The notes under the pieces are model-generated. The model ran no database searches, was not told the origin of the DNA, and saw nothing but the letters and a program-made list of their open reading frames with translations. From positions 1 to 63,651 of IMG/VR virus record IMGVR_UViG_3300037467_001235: 63,651 bases of DNA; one strand, 5' to 3'. The translations under genes were made by a program, and so were the position numbers. This document shows, in pieces, positions 62,744 through 63,651 of this stretch (positions are counted from its first letter, which is position 1; each line of letters starts with the position of its first letter). The DNA comes from a virus. Its lineage: Duplodnaviria > Caudoviricetes.

Positions 62744-62824
62744 TTGTTTATGCCAGCGTGTGACTGTATGGTTTGAGGTATCGACGGAATGCGCCGTCAC
62801 CAACCGGAAAGGCCGGAAACCATG
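62744..62824 (+). promoter_or_regulatory. promoter plus double-hairpin leader copy H
   Basis: TTGTTT-17-TATGGT, then ATC GACGG-AATGCG-CCGTC ACCAA CCGG-AAAGG-CCGG AAACC ATG. Confidence 0.85.
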
Positions 62825-63175
62825 ACCATCTCCATCGAAGTCCGCACCGCCGTACACGAACTCGACGCCCTCAACGAACTGGGCATTGCCATGCAGCACG
62901 CGCACTCCATGGCCACCATCTCCGCCATCGAAAACGCCGTGGCCGTCATCTCCGACCGGGCCGCAGGGAAGGGCGCGACCATCGATGAAATCTACGAGGG
63001 CTACACCACCGGACGCCGGGGCCTGACCTACCTGAAAGCGGACCGAGACGAACAACTCGTCACCGCCCACCTCGCCCGCGCGTTGGTGTACCTCGATGAC
63101 ACCGACCTGGCTTCGATGCTGGCGGTCGCGGCGGCTATCGCGCCTGCGGTCACCGCCGACACCGCCGCCGCATAA
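62822..63175 (+). CDS. hypothetical protein (moron inserted in head module)
   Basis: MTISIEVRT...; own promoter/leader and terminator. Confidence 0.75.
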   Translation: MTISIEVRTAVHELDALNELGIAMQHAHSMATISAIENAVAVISDRAAGKGATIDEIYEGYTTGRRGLTYLKADRDEQLVTAHLARALVYLDDTDLASMLAVAAAIAPAVTADTAAA

Positions 63176-63192
63176 CGGGTCGGAAAACGAGA

Positions 63193-63221
63193 AGGCCCGG
63201 ACATGGGATGTGTCCGGGCCT
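63193..63221. terminator. bidirectional stem-loop
   Basis: AGGCCCGGACA...TGTCCGGGCCT between convergent genes. Confidence 0.75.
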
Positions 63222-63226
63222 CTCTG

Positions 63227-63400
63227 CTATGCGGGGACTACCTGTTTGACGATGCCGCCGCCCGCCGCCTGCGCCGCGATCCGCGCCTCCGTCGCGGTGA
63301 GGAACGGGCCTTGCCGCGGATCTCCTGATGCCGGGTACATGAACCAGTTGCCGGATGTGCTCGGACCGCTGCTACGGCCACCACGGCACGCGCACGCCAT
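63227..63400 (-). CDS. small head-module protein (57 aa)
   Basis: MACACRGG...EARIAAQAAGGGIVKQVVPA; TGATG-coupled to the protease gene. Confidence 0.75.
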   Translation of the reverse strand: MACACRGGRSSGPSTSGNWFMYPASGDPRQGPFLTATEARIAAQAAGGGIVKQVVPA

Positions 63401-63651
63401 CAGCTCGCCTTCCGTGCCATGCGGCGCGCGTGGTCCGCGCGGATCACTTCACCCAATGTCCTGCGGCGGGGGGCGCTGGCGGCCACCAGTTTCCGGGCGG
63501 CGGCGGCACGTTCCTCGCCTGCCTGCTGCTGCGCGTACGCCTTCACCGCCCGCGCCGCGACATCATCCAGGATCGACGTATCGAGCGGGGGCCGGGACTG
63601 GCGAGGCGCGAACGATGCGACCATGGCCAGGTCGCCGTCACGGTCACGCTG
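63400..63651 (-). CDS. C-terminal part of the MuF/protease gene
   Basis: Frame open to the window end (QRDRDGDLAMVAS...RKAS); gene order continues from base 1. Confidence 0.75.
   Translation of the reverse strand, partial: QRDRDGDLAMVASFAPRQSRPPLDTSILDDVAARAVKAYAQQQAGEERAAAARKLVAASAPRRRTLGEVIRADHARRMARKAS

Overview
The window is essentially one complete, circularly permuted genome of a temperate, high-GC actinobacterial siphophage. The host is probably mycolata and possibly Nocardia-like (inference from protein families). Almost all genes are on the minus strand. The MuF/maturation-protease gene runs off position 1 and resumes at position 63651, and a candidate intact attP lies next to a phiRv1-type serine integrase, so this appears to be the excised or virion form. 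The virion genes resemble cluster B mycobacteriophages: MuF-protease fusion, two capsid proteins, 1801-aa tape measure. The genome also has a multi-XRE immunity region with a LexA box, an unannotated phiRv1-type RDF, an HTH replication initiator with iterons and a DnaA box, an ERF annealase, two HNHs, two HIT proteins, a SpoU/TrmH methyltransferase, an MPG/AAG glycosylase and an XRE-TPR/ABM cassette. The most striking non-coding signals are three: (i) eight copies of a promoter plus covarying double-hairpin leader that encloses the Shine-Dalgarno; (ii) ten copies of a TGCACCCC-N7-(T/C)ANNNT late-promoter motif; (iii) a ~200-nt structured RNA with a canonical T-arm and tmRNA-like topology. All calls are by eye; no searches or folding programs were run.
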